Positions 1 to 12,780 of a DNA stretch of 64,000 nucleotides are shown in pieces. Position 1 is the first letter of the stretch. Each line of letters begins with the position of its first letter. The stretch is from assembly GCA_038087875.1 (NCBI GenBank), contig CM075995.1:10232001-10296000 (forward strand), in the 5' to 3' direction. The notes under the pieces were generated by a model. That model saw nothing but the letters and a program-made list of their open reading frames with translations. It was not told the origin of the DNA and did no database searches. A program made the position numbers and the translations under genes. The DNA is from Malacoraja senta (lineage: Eukaryota).

Positions 1-960
1 CCAAACACGGCACGGGGACACATCAAACACGGCACGGGGACACGCCAAAGATGGCACGGGGACAAGTCAAACACAGCACGGGAACACGTCAAACACGGCA
101 TGGGGACACGCCAAACATGGCACGGGGACACGCCAAACATGGCATGGGGACATGCCAAACACGGCACGGGGACACGTCAAACACGATACACGGCACGGGG
201 ACACGTCAAACACGGCACGGGGACACGCCAAACACGGCACGGGGACACGCCAAACATGGCACGGGGACACGCCAAACATGGCACGGGGACACGTCAAACA
301 CGGCACGGGGACACGCCAAACACGGCACGGGGACACGTCAAACACGATACACGGCATGGGGACACGTCCAACACGGCATGGGGACATGTCAAACACATAC
401 ACGGCACGGGGACATGTCAAACACAGCACGGGGTCACATCAAACACGATACACGGCACGGGGACATGCCAAACACGGCACGGGGACACGTCAAACACGGC
501 ACGGGGACACGTCAAACACGATACACGGCACGGGGACCTGTCAAACGCGGCACGGGGACACGCCAAACACGGCACGGGGACACGCCATACACGGCACGGG
601 GACACGTCAAACACGGCACGGGGACACGCCAAACATGGCACGGGGACACGTCAAACACGATACACGGCACAGGGACACGTCAAACACGGCACGGGTACTC
701 GTCAAACACGATACACGGCACGGGGACACTCCAAACACGGCACGGGGACACGTCAAACACGATACACGGCACGGGGACATGCCAAACACGATACACGGCA
801 CGGGGACACTCCAAACACGGCACGGGGACACGTCAAACACGATACACGGCATGGGGACACGCCAAACACGGCACGGGGACACGTCAAACACGGCACGGGG
901 ACACACCAAACACGGCACGGGGACACGCCAAACACGGCACAGGACACGCTAAACACTGCA
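1..960. repeat. Tandem satellite, ~22-bp unit ACACGGCACGGGGACACG(C/T)CAA with 29-bp variants (+CACGATA); runs off window start
   Basis: Unit repeated directly in sequence; all overlapping ORFs are periodic (HGTGTRQTR). Confidence 0.95.
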
Positions 961-1059
961 CAAGGGCACAACACGCTAGTCTGATACACAGGGACGGTGA
1001 TCTCTGGATCACTTCTATGCTAATGAGTATGGGGACACATGCTAGGTCTTGCTTCAGGG

Positions 1060-1625
1060 GTAGATATAATCATAGTCATAGAGTGATACAGTGTGGAAGC
1101 AGGCCCATCGGCCCAGCTACACTAGTCCCACCTGCCTGTGCTTGGTCCATATCCCTCCAAACCTGTCCTATCCATGCACCTGTCCAACTGTTTCTTAAAC
1201 GATAGGATAGTCCCAGCCTCAACTACCTCCTCTTGCAGCTTGTTCCATACTCCCACCACCATTTGTGTGAAAAGTTACCCCTCAGATTCCTATTAAATCT
1301 TTTCCCCTTCACCTTGAACCTATGTCCTCTGGTCCTCGATTCCCCTATTCTGGGCAAAAGACTGTGCATCTACCCGATCTATACCCCTCATGATTTTGTA
1401 TACCTCTATAAGATCTCCCCTCATCCACCTGCACTCCAAGGAACAGAGACCCAACCTACTCAACCTCTCCCTATAGTTCACACCCTCTAGCCTGGCAATA
1501 TCCTCGTAAATCTTTTCTGAATCCTTTCAAGCTTGACGATATCTTTCCTATAATATGGTGCCCAGAACTGAACACAATACTGTAAATGCGGTCTCACCAA
1601 CATCTTATACAACTGCAACATGACC
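1060..1625 (-). mobile_element. Degenerate CR1-type LINE 3' fragment
   Basis: Reverse complement resembles CR1 ORF2 C-terminus and 3' UTR seen in other copies in the window; boundaries approximate. Confidence 0.7.
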
Positions 1626-2109
1626 TTGCAGGGGAAAGGGCTTTACAGTTCTAGAGTGTGGAGTTATGAATAGAGTTCATTGGGACCATTTCTGGGTCAA
1701 TGACAGGCTTGACCTGAATGAGAACAGGGCCAATGATGGGTCTTGCTGGAAGATAGATAGATACAGAATGCTGGAGTAACTGGTCTTGCTGGGAGGTTTG
1801 CTTGTGCCCTTGGGGGGGGGGGGGGTTAATAATCTCTGCAGGGCAAGGGGAACTAGCTTAGTTTGGGAAGGGAGGTGGTGTGTCGGAGATACTTGAACCT
1901 TTACGGCCACATGTAAGATGCCAGATGCCAGTTCAGTTTTTTGTCACGTGTACCAAGGTATAGTGAAAACCTTCTTGTTGCGTGCTATCCAATCCGCATA
2001 AAGACTATGCATGACTACATTAAAGTCATCCACAGTGTACAGATACAGGATGAAGGGAATAACGTTTACTTGCAAGATAAAGTACGGTAAAGTCCGATTA
2101 AGGACAGTC

Positions 2110-2730
2110 TGAGGGGCTATCGTGAAGCAGGCATAAAGTATGCTTGCCTTCATTGGTCGGGGCATTGAGTATAAGAGTTGGGAAGTGGTGATGCTGCTCT
2201 GTAGGACTCTGGTTAGCCTGTATTTGGAGTAGTGTGGACAGTTCTGGTCGCCCAATGACAGGTTTTGATGAGAGTGCAGTTTACCAGAATGCTGCGTTGA
2301 TTAGTGGGTATTCGCGAGAATAAGAAGTTGGACAGAGTGTTTTCTCTGGAACGCTGGAGGCTGAGGGAAGTCCTGATAAATATGTTAAATTATTTGATAT
2401 GGTAGACAGAGAGAACCTTTTGCCCAGGGTAGAAATGTCAAAGACATAGCTTTGAGATGAGAGGGGGGAAAGTTTAAAGGAGATATGCAGGGCAAGTATA
2501 TTTACACCGAGATTGGTAGATGCTTGGAATACGCTGCTGTGGGTGGTGGTGGAGACAGATATGATTGTGACGTTTAAGAGGCTTTTAGATGGACATGGAT
2601 ATGCAGGGAATGGATGTAGATTGTGTGCAGGCAGAGGAGATCCGATTACATTGGCATCATATACGGCACAGACATTGTGGACTGAAGGGCCTGTTCCTGT
2701 GCTGTACTGTTCATTGTTCTACTTTCTATG
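2110..2730 (+). mobile_element. Degenerate CR1-type LINE 3' fragment
   Basis: VVDAWN..L...VVE..TFKR.LD remnant and GGACTGAAGGGCCTGTT 3' end. Confidence 0.7.
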
Positions 2731-3829
2731 ATAAGCCTGGTAGTTACAGGCCAACGAGACACACATCGGTGATAGGGAAGTTATTGGAAAAACACTCAGG
2801 CACAGGATTAATTTGCAGTTGAAAAGGCCTGATAGATGAGCGATAGTCAGCATGGATTTGTCAGTGGGAGATTCCATCTTAGCACCATTGAAAATGGAAA
2901 TAAATATCTTGTTGAGAGCAGTGGGGTAAATGTGGTTTACATAGAACATAGAAACAGAATAATACAGCACGGCTACAGGCCCTTCAGTCACAGCCTACCA
3001 CCACTCTACCCACCATCTATAGGAGGCGCTGCCTCAAAAACATCAGCGACCACCAAAGACCAACATGACCCTGGCTACCATCAGAAGGTACAGCAGCCTG
3101 AAAACTGTGACCTCCAGGTTCAAGAACAGCTTCTTCCCAGCAACCATCAGGCTGTTGAACACTGCACAACACTAACCACATCTATGATCCACTTTGGACA
3201 TTTTATGGTTGCACCAAGGACCTCAGTTTTGCACTATTATGGTGTGTAGGAAGGAACTGCAGATGATGGTTTAGAGACACAAAGTACTGGAGTAACTCAG
3301 TCGGTCAGGCAGCACCACTGAAGAACCCTTCTTCAAGCTAAATGAATGAATGATTTGAGTCTCAGCCCACAACGTCATCCATCCTTATTCTTCAGAAATG
3401 CTGCTTGACCTGCTGAGTTACTCCAGCACGTTGTTTATTGTACAATTATCTGTGTCATTGCATCGATGGGCCTGTAGAGCTGCAGTGTGTGGAGTTCATT
3501 GTTCCTCTGCCTCATATGACTGTCTTCACCCCATCCCACTGTAGCGCCACTTCACGTGCACGGTTATCATGTCCCACCCCACAGAGACGGGCTTTCGATC
3601 AGTTTCCTGCAGTGGGTGCACAGACTAGTCGAAACGCTGGCCAATGTAAACAGAGAGTAGGGAGGGCAGCCCCACCTTCCTTGATGTATCTGCCGTGCTC
3701 ATCCCCCTCCTTCTTCAGGTTGTGTGGAACTGTGTGTGTGTGCGGCCCCGACAGTGGGCTCATTGTTGCTGGGTGCCTGGCCCTGGGTGGCACTCCCTGT
3801 ACTGTATCATGTGTCAGCTGCTGCTCTCT

Positions 3830-4190
3830 CTCCAGCCCGGCCCAGTCCAGCCCAGCCACACACTACCCCCCTCTCTCCCCAGCCCAGCTCAGCTACAGTG
3901 CTCTCTCCCCGGCCCTGCCCGACCCAACCCGGCCCAGCCACACACTACCTCCCTGCTCTCTCCCCAGCCCAGCCATCCACATACTACCCCCCCCCCCTCT
4001 CTCCCTGGCCTGGCCTGCCCAGCCCAGCCCAGCCCTGCCCTGCTCAACCCAGCTCAGCCCAGCCGCCCACTACCCCCCCCTCTCTCCCCAGCCTAGCCCA
4101 GCCCAACCTAACCCAGCCCAGCCCAGCCACACACTAACCCCCACCCCACCCCACCCCACCCTACCCCACCCTCTCCCTAGCTCAGCTCAG
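3830..4190. repeat. C-rich low-complexity (CCCAG)n-based repeat
   Basis: Repeated CCCAGCCCAG / CTACCCCCCCTCTCTCCCCAG units. Confidence 0.85.
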
Positions 4191-5119
4191 AGGAGACTGA
4201 GGGGAGGATAGGACCTCGCTGTCCCACCAGGTGTGGGGAGACGGTGGGGGGAGGGGACACATGTCTGTGAAAGTTGCACAGCAGGTTGCTGAAACTGTTA
4301 ATAAGCAACAGCCTCCTGGGCTTTATAAACAAAGGGAATGTGCCAAACAACAAGCAGACCCTGCCTCTGGAAGGGAGGGGCAGCCTTGGGAGGGGGGAGG
4401 AGAGTTACAGACACCCCGTCCTGAGGAAGAGAGGCTGCAGGGGTCGGTGTGGACAGAGCAGGGCCGGATTTAGATGAAGAGAGGCCCTAAGCTGTTTCTC
4501 TTGTGAGGCCCCTCCCAATCCCCCACCCACCAGATTGACACCGATTTGCAGCCGAGCGTGGCCAATAAGATAAGGGGCTGGAAAGCTGCGCTTTTTATTT
4601 ATTTATTTATTTATTGCCAGTGCTGGTGACCAGTTATTGGCTTAAAACACTATTATTCTGAAATGGAGGGCAAGGAAAATTACTGAAGGGTTATTTAGAG
4701 ACAGCATATGTGACAGCATATGTAAGAAAGCCCTATGACAGTGTCAAAAATATTATACACCTTGCAGGGCTCTCGCTTAATTTTTTTTCTCTGTTACAGC
4801 CGGGCAACCTTGGCAAATGTTTTTAAGTTGCCAAATGACAGTTTAGGTGGTCATTTAAGACGGCTTGCATGACGCATGCTCGGACGAAGTGCATAGATAC
4901 CAGTTGGAATTATGCTCAATTAAGCATTCACATATTATTTCTGCTACAAATAAAGTCACAAACTAAACATATTCACCAATCAAGACATGATATATACCAC
5001 AATGACATGCAGCAAAATTATAATGCAGTATCTCAACTTTTTATACACATTGCAATGACTGCAATTTCTATTATTTATTTCCACTTCCAAAAAAAATGTG
5101 GTTGGATTATGCAGCGTAT

Positions 5120-6244
5120 GATCAACATCGGTGAGACCAAGTGCAGGCATGGCAATCGCTTCGCACAACACCTTCACTCAGTTCGCAATAACCAACCTGA
5201 TCTCTCGGTGGCTCAACACTTCAACTCCCCTTCCCATTCCGAATCCAACCTTTCTGCCCTGGGCCACCTCCATGGCCAGAGTGAGGCCCACCGCATATTG
5301 GAGGAGCAGCACCTCATATTTGCTTGCGTAGTTTACACCCCAGCGGTATGAACATTGGCTTCTCTAATTTCAGGTAGTCCTTGCTTTCTCCCTCCTTCCC
5401 CTCCCATTTCCAGCTCTCCCACAGCTTACTGTCTCCACCTCTTCCTTTCTTTTTTGTGTCCCCCCCCCCCCGACATCAATCTGAAGAAGGGTCTCGACCC
5501 AAAACGTCATCTATTCCTTCGCTCCATAGATGCTTCCTTACCCGCCGATTTTCTCCAGCTTTTTTGTCTACCAATGGGATCCCACCATTGGCCACATCTT
5601 CCTATCTCCTCCCCTTCCCACCCAAACCACCCCCTCTCCTGCACTTTCCCTTGCAACCACAGGAAATGCTACACTTGTCGCTTTACCTCCCCCCTTGACT
5701 CCATTCAAGGGCCCAAGCTGTCTTACCAGGTGCGGCTGAGGTTCACCTGCACTTCCTCCAACCTCATCTATTGCATCCACTGCTCTAGATGTCAGCTGCT
5801 CGACATCGGTGAGGCCAAGCGTAGGCTTGGCGATCGCTTCGCCCAACACCTCCACTCGGTTCGCAATAACCAACCTGATCTCCTGGTGGCTCAGCACTTC
5901 AACACCCCCTCCCATTCCGAATCCAACCTTTCTGTCCTGGGCCTCTTCCATGGCCAGAGTGAGGCCCACCGTAAATTGGAGGAGCAGCACCTTATATTTT
6001 GCTTGGACAGTTTACACCCCAGCGGTATGAACATTGACTTCTTCAATTTCAGGTAATCCCTACTTTCTCCTCCTCTTCCCAGCTCTCCATCAGCCCACTG
6101 TCTCCACCTCTTCCTTTCTTCTTCCTGTCCTCCCCCACCCTCACATCAGTCTGAAGAAGGGTCTCGACCCCGAAACGTCGCCTATTTCCTTCGCTCTATA
6201 GATGCTGCCTCACCCGCTGAGTTTCTCCAGCATTTTTATCTACC
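5120..6244 (+). mobile_element. Penelope-like retroelement remnants (GIY-YIG endonuclease C-terminus), two tandem partial copies
   Basis: NLIYCIHCSRC...DIGEAKRRLGDRFAQH...VAQHFN...KLEEQHLIF...GMN motif; segment repeated at ~5120-5570 and ~5800-6244. Confidence 0.8.
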
Positions 6245-6470
6245 CATTCACACAAGTTCTGTTATCCCACTTTCCTCACCCACTCCCTCCACATTAAGGG
6301 CAATTTTACAGTGACAAGTTAACCTACAGAGCCAATGCGTCTTTGGGATGTGGGAGGAAACCCACACGCTTGCAGGGAGAATGTGCAAATTCAACTCAGA
6401 CAGTGCCCGAGGACAGGATCGAACACAGATCTCTGGTGTGTGAGGCAGCAAGCCTACCAGCTGTGCCACT
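6245..6470 (-). mobile_element. tRNA-derived V-SINE-like element
   Basis: Reverse strand begins AGTGGCACAGCTGGTAGG... with B-box-like GTTCGATCC. Confidence 0.6.
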
Positions 6471-6574
6471 ATATATTTTTTTACAACACACAAAAAATTA
6501 TATCTCCAAGTTACGCTATGTCCCCCTTTACAGCTACTGTATGGTTTAATTAAGTTCAAGATTATGGGGCAGTA

Positions 6575-6730
6575 CATTGGCCATAAAGTTGCTGTCTAAA
6601 AGTGCCAGAGACCCGGAATTGATCCTGAATATGGGTGCTGTCTGTATAGAGTTTTCTGCTTTTCCCTTTCATCGCATGGGTTTTCTCCGAGTGCTCTTGT
6701 TTCCTTCCACATGGCAAAGGTGTGCAGGAA
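6575..6730 (+). mobile_element. V-SINE-like fragment
   Basis: GTTGCTG...GCCAGAGACCCGG..TTGATCCTGA...GGGTTTTCTCCG, similar to the 18325 copy. Confidence 0.55.
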
Positions 6731-6953
6731 CCTATTTCAGACCCAACACAAAACGTAATATTTTCCTTTTGTCCAGAGATTCTGTCTGACCTGTTGAGTT
6801 ACTCCAGCTTCTTGTGTCTATCTTCAGTTTAAACCAGCATCTGCAGTTCCTTCCTACACACACGATACTATACGATAGAACTTTATTAATCCCAGGAGGG
6901 AAATTGTGTGTGTGGGTATATATATTACACACACACACACGCACACACACATA

Positions 6954-7369
6954 TCTATCTATATTTAAAACTCTGTGTGTGTGTGTGTTTCTGCCTGTGT
7001 GTGTTTCTGCCTGTCTTGTGGGTGCCAGCCTTCCTTTGATTCGTTGCTACGCCAACACCACATGCAGAAACAACGATATTTTTTCCATTTCGGTAGAGAT
7101 TTCACTTTTCATTCCAAGTATCCATTCCTGATTAAATTTCGTCGTGTTTATCTAGATATTTTTAATAAAATCCTTCTCCCCCCCCCCCCCCCCCCCACTC
7201 ACTCATTTTGTCTCCTCCTGCTGGCCAGCCACCTAACGGCTGCTGCCGCCCGGCTCTGCTCCAAAAACGATGCCATTTCTTTTCTTTAGCTGAAGCACTT
7301 TCGGAAACCAGACCCCGGGGTCTGAAGCACGTTCGGGGTCCAGACCCAACGGGTCTGCTCTTGGTCTAG
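6954..7369 (+). mobile_element. Non-autonomous Helitron-like element
   Basis: A|TCTATCTATATTTAAAA 5' end followed by microsatellite; 3' hairpin CAGACCC-AAC-GGGTCTG (7341-7357), then CTAG|T (7366-7370); inserted between A and T. Confidence 0.7.
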
Positions 7370-7371
7370 TC

Positions 7372-7396
7372 TTGTATATGTATATGTATATATATG

Positions 7397-7462
<66 letters not shown>

Positions 7463-7545
7463 TGGGGGTGTGGGGGTGTGGGGGTGTGGGGGTGTGGGGG
7501 TGTGGGGGTGTGGGGGTGTGGGGATGTGGGGGTGTGGGGGTGTGG

Positions 7546-7584
<39 letters not shown>

Positions 7585-7603
7585 TGTGTGTGTGTCTGTG
7601 TGT

Positions 7604-7641
<38 letters not shown>

Positions 7642-7690
7642 GCGTGTGCGTGTGCGTGTGCGTGTGCGCGCGTGTGCGTGCGTGTGCGTA
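7372..7690. repeat. Compound microsatellite (TA)n/(TG)n/(TGTGGGGG)n/(TGCGTG)n
   Basis: Directly visible. Confidence 0.95.
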
Positions 7691-7772
7691 ATATATATAC
7701 CCACACACACACAATTTCCCTCCTGCGATTAATAAAGTTCTATCATATAGTATCGTGTGTGTAGGAAGGAAC

Positions 7773-8119
7773 TTTCCGAAAGTGCTTCAGCTAAAGAAAA
7801 AAAATGGCGTCGTTTTTGGAGTAGAGACGGGCGGCAGCAGCCGTTATCGTGGCTGGCCAGCAGGAGGAGACAAAATGAGTGAGTGGGGGGGGGTGTGAAG
7901 GATTTTATTAAAAATGTCTACATAAACACAACGAAATTTAATCAGGAGTGGATACTTGGAATGAAAAGTGAAATCTCTACCGAAATGGAAAAAATCTCGT
8001 CGTTTATGCGTGTGGTGTTGGCGTAGCAATGAATCAAAGGAAGGCTGGCACCCACAAGACAGGCAGAAACACACACAGGCAGAAACACACACACACACAG
8101 AGTTTTAAATATAGATAGA
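7773..8119 (-). mobile_element. Second, inverted, 3'-truncated copy of the Helitron-like element
   Basis: Reverse complement of ~6954-7305; near-identical translations 6975..7289(+) and 7844..8098(-). Confidence 0.7.
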
Positions 8120-8734
8120 TATTTATATAGTTATATATTCATATATAAATATACCGTTTTGTTTTCTCGTTCATAACATTGTTTACAGAGTACTATGTTT
8201 ACATATTCTGTTATGCTGCTGCAAGTAAGGATTTCATTGTTCTAACTGGGACGTGAGAGAATAAAACACTCTTGACTCTTGACTTACTCCGCTAATGTGT
8301 GGGATAGAACTAGTGTACGGGTGATCGATGGTCGGACTCGGTGGGCCGAAGGGCCCGTTTCCATGCTGTATCTTTAAATTAAACTAAAAACACTAAAACC
8401 AGTCTAAAGAAGGATGTCTACCCGAAACGTCACCCAATTTCTTCTATCCAGAGTTGCTGGCTGCTCCATGGTGTTCCCCCACACAATTAAAGCATGGAAT
8501 AATCTTCACCCTACCATAGTTACCCAACCAGACGCAACTAAATTTAAGGTACCTCTTTTTTCCCCAAGAACCCTTTTTTGCTTAAGTCAACAGTCAAGAG
8601 AGTTTTATTGTCATGTGTCCCAGATAGGACAATGAAATTCATGCTTGCTGCAGCACAACAGAACATGTAAACATAATACAGAATAGGAGATAAAAGTTCA
8701 GTGTGTTTATATACCATAGACCATATATAGTGGT

Positions 8735-11700
8735 GGGACCAGTACAAACAGGACGGTCTGCACCTGGGCTGGAATGGAACCAATGTCCTTGGGGGAGTGT
8801 TTGCTAGTGCTGTCGGGGAGGATTTAAACTAATGTGGCAGCGGGATGGGTGCAAGAGCAGAGAGGCATGCGGGTGTAAAATGAGGGTAGAAGCAATAGGT
8901 AGCAAGGTGAAAAGTAAAAGTGGCAGGCAGACAAAACCAGGGCAAAAATCAAAAAGGGCCACTTTTCAACATAATTGTATAAGGGGTAAGAGTGTTGTAA
9001 AGACAAGCCTGAAGGCTTTGTATCTTAATGCAAGGAGCATTCGTAATAAGGTGGATGAGTTGAATGTGCAGATAGTTATTAATGAATATGATATAGTTGG
9101 GATCACGGAGACATGGCTCCAGGGTGACCAAGGCTGGGAGCTGAACATTCAGGGATATTCAATATTCAGGAGGGATAGACAGAAAGGAAAAGGAGGCGTG
9201 GTAGCGTTGCTGGTTAGAGAGGAGATTAACGCAATAGAAAGGAAGGACATTAGCTTGGAGGATGTGGAATCGATATGGGTAGAGCTGCGAAACACTAAGG
9301 GGCAGAAAACGCTAGTGGGAGTGGTGTACCGGCCACCTAACAGTAGTAGTGGAGTTGGGGATGGCATCAAACAGGAAATTAGAAACGCGTGCAACAAAGG
9401 TAAAACCATTATAATGGGTGACTTCAATCTACATATAGATTGGGTGAATCAAATTGGCAGGGGTGCTGAGGAAGAGGATTTCTTGGAATGTATGCGGGAT
9501 AGGTTTCTAAACCAACATGTAGAAGAACCAACGAGAGAGCAGGCTATTCTAGACTGGGTATTGAGTAATGAGGAAGGGTTAGTTAGCAGTCTTGTTGTGC
9601 GTGGCCCCTTGGGCAAGAGTGACCATAATATGGTTGAGTTCTTCATTAGGATGGAGAGTGACATTGTTAATTCAGAAACAAAGGTCCTGAACGTAAAGAA
9701 AGGTGACTTTGAGGGTATGAGACGTGAATTGGCCAAGATAGACTGGCCAATGATTCTTAAAGGGTTGACGGTGGATATGCAATGGAAGGCATTTAAAAAC
9801 TGCATGGATGAACTACAACAAGTGTTCATCCCAGTTTGGCAAAAGAATAAATCAGGGAAGGTAGTGCATCCAAAGAACTTGGATAGGCTGGGTGAGTGGG
9901 CAAATGTTTGGCAGATGCAGTATAATGTGGATAAATGTGAGGTTATCCACTTTGGTGGCAAAAACGGGAAGGCAGACTATTATCTAAATGGTGGCCGATT
10001 AGGAAATGGGGAGATGCAGCGAGACCTGGGTGTCATGGTACACCAGTCATTGAAAGTAGGCATGCAGGTGCAGCAGGCAGTGAAGAAAGCGAATGGTATG
10101 TTGGCCTTCATAGCAAGAGGATTTGAGTATAGGAGCAGGGAGGTTCTACTGCAGTTGTACAGGGTCTTGGTGAGACCACACCTGGAGTATTGCATACAGT
10201 TTTGGTCTCCAAATCTGAGGAAGGATATTATAGCCATAGAGGGAGTGCAGAGAAGGTTCACCAGACTGATTCCTGGGATGTCAGGACTTTCATATGAAGA
10301 AAGACTGGATAGATTTGGCTTATACTCGCTCGAATTTAGGAGATTGAGAGGGGATCTTATAGAAACGTACAAAATTCTTATGGGGTTGGACAGGCTAGAT
10401 GCAGGAAGATTGTTCCCGATGTTGGGGAAGTCCAGGACAAGGGGTCACAGCTTAAGGATAAGGGGGAAATCCTTTAAGACCGAGATGAGGAAAAACGTTT
10501 TCACACAGAGAGTGGTGAATCTCTGGAACTCTCTGCCACAGAGGGTAGTTGAGGCCAGTTCATTGGCTATATTTAAGAGGGAGTTAGATGTGGCCCTTGT
10601 GGCTAAAGGGATCAGGGGGTATGGAGAGAAGGCAGGTACGGGATACTGAGTTGGATGATCAGCCATGATCATATTGAATGACGGTGCAGGCTCGAAGGGC
10701 CGAATGGCCTACTCCTGCACCTATTTTCTATGTATCTATGTATCCATGGATAACAAGGGAAATCAGGGATAGTATCAAAAAAAAGAGGAAGCCTACAAAT
10801 TAGCCAGAACACCAGCCTACCAGAGGACTGGGAGAAATTTGGAGTCCAGCAGAGGAGGACAAAAGGCTTAATTAGGAAAGGGAAAATAGATTATGAAAGA
10901 AAACTGGCAGGGAACATAAAAACTGACTGCAAAGGTTTTATAGATATGTCATGAGGAAAAGATTAGTTAAAACAAATGTAGGTCCCTTGCAGTCAGAAAC
11001 AGGCGAATTGATCATGGGGAACAAGGACATGGCAGACCAATTGAATAATTACTTTGGTTCTGTCTTCACTGAGGAAGACATAAATAATCTGCCGGAAATA
11101 GCAAGGGACCGGGGGTTAAATGAGATGGAGGAACTGAGTGAAATCCAGGTTAGCCAGGAAGTGGTGTTAGGTAAATTGAATGGATTAAAGGCCGATAAAT
11201 CCCCACGGCCGGATAAGTTGCTTAAGTACTTAAGGAAGTAGCCGCAGAAATAGTGGATGCATTAGTGATCATTTTTCAAAACTCTTTAGATCCTGGAGTA
11301 GATCCTGAGGACTGGAGGGTAGCTAATGTAACCCCACTTTTTAAAAAGGGAGGGAGAGAGAAAACGGGGAATTACAGACCAGTTAGTCTAACATCGGTGG
11401 TGGGGAAAATTGTGGAGTCAGTTATTAAAGATGGGATAGCAGCACATTTGGAAAGTGGTGAGTTCATTGGACAAAGACAGCATGGATTTATGAAAGGTAA
11501 ACCATGTCTGACGAATCTTATAGAATTTTTCAAGGATGTAACTAGTAGAGTGGATAAAGGAGAACCAGTGGATGTGTTATATCTGGACTTTCAGAAGGCT
11601 TTCGACAAGGTCCCACATAAGACATTAGCATACAAACTTAAAGCACACGGTATTGGGGGTTCAGTATTGATGTGGATAGAGAACTGGCTGGCAAACAGGA

Positions 11701-12780
11701 AGCAAAGAGTAGGAGTAAACGGGTCCTTTTCACAATGGCAGGCAGTGACTAGTGGGGTACCGCAAGGCTCAGTGCTGTGACCCCAGCTATTTACAATATA
11801 TATTAATGAACTGGATGAGGGAATTGAATGCAACATCTCCAAGTTTGCGGATGACACGAAGCTGGGGGGCAGTGTTAGCTGTGAGGAGGATGCTAGGAGG
11901 ATGCAAGGTGACTTGGATAGGGTGGGTGAGTGGGCAAAGGCATGGCAGATGCAGTATAATGTGGATAAATGTGAGGTTATCCACTTTGGTGGCAAAAACA
12001 GGAAAGTAGACTATTATCTGAATGGTGGCCGATTAGGAAAAGGGGAGATGCAACGAGACCTGGGTGTCATGGTACACCAGTCATTGAAAGTAGGAATGCA
12101 GGTGCAGCAGGCAGTGAAGAAAGCAAATGGTATGTTAGCATTCATAGCAAAAGGATTTGAGTATAAGAGTAGGGAGGTTCTACTGCAGTTGTACAGGGTC
12201 TTGATGAGACCACACCTGGAGTATTGTGTACAGTTTTGGTCTCCTAATCTGAGGAAAGACATTCTTGCCATAGAGGGAGTACAGAGAAGGTTCACCAGCC
12301 TGATTCCTGGGATGGCAGGACTTTCATATGAGGAAAGACTGGATAGACTCGGCTTGTACACGTTGGAATTCAGAAGACTGAGGGGGGATCTTATGGAAAC
12401 TTACAAAATTCTTAAGGGGTTAGACAGGCTAGATGCAGGAAGATTATTCCCGATGTTGGGGAAGTCCAGAACTAGAGGTCACAGTTTAAGAATAAGAGGG
12501 AAGACTTTTTGGACCGAGATGAGGAAATCATTTTTTACACAGAGAGTGGTGAATCTGTGGATTTCTCTGCCACAGAAGGTAGTTGAGGCCAGTTCATTGG
12601 CTATATTTAAGAGTGAGTTAGATGTGGCCCTTGTGGCTAAAGGGATCACGGGGTATGGAGAGAAGGCAGGGATGGGATACTGAGTTGGATGATCAGCCAT
12701 GATCATATCAAATGGCTGTGCAGGCTCGAAGGGCCGAATGGCCTACTCCTGCACCTATTTTCTATGTTTCTATGTTTTTA
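8735..12780 (+). mobile_element. CR1 LINE (end of ORF1, APE endonuclease + RT ORF2 with stops/frameshifts), interrupted by a nested CR1
   Basis: [54 protein letters not shown]; 3' (TTCTATGT)n tail. Confidence 0.92.
9873..10741 (+). mobile_element. 5'-truncated CR1 inserted inside CR1 ORF2
   Basis: Host breaks at VHP and resumes as WITREIRD after the insert's tail; TSD ATCCA at 9868-9872 and 10742-10746. Confidence 0.88.

Noticed and set aside
1..960. CRISPR-like array
   Set aside because: Units are contiguous with no unique spacers, there are no cas genes, and the context is eukaryotic
51..1205. 384-aa and overlapping His/Gly/Thr-rich ORFs
   Set aside because: Translation of the 22-bp satellite; open in several frames on both strands
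3830..4190. Ig switch-region-like GGGCT/GAGCT pentamers on the minus strand
   Set aside because: Short, with no immunoglobulin exons nearby; better explained as low-complexity repeat
7233..7764. His/Thr- and Cys/Val-rich ORFs
   Set aside because: Microsatellite translations
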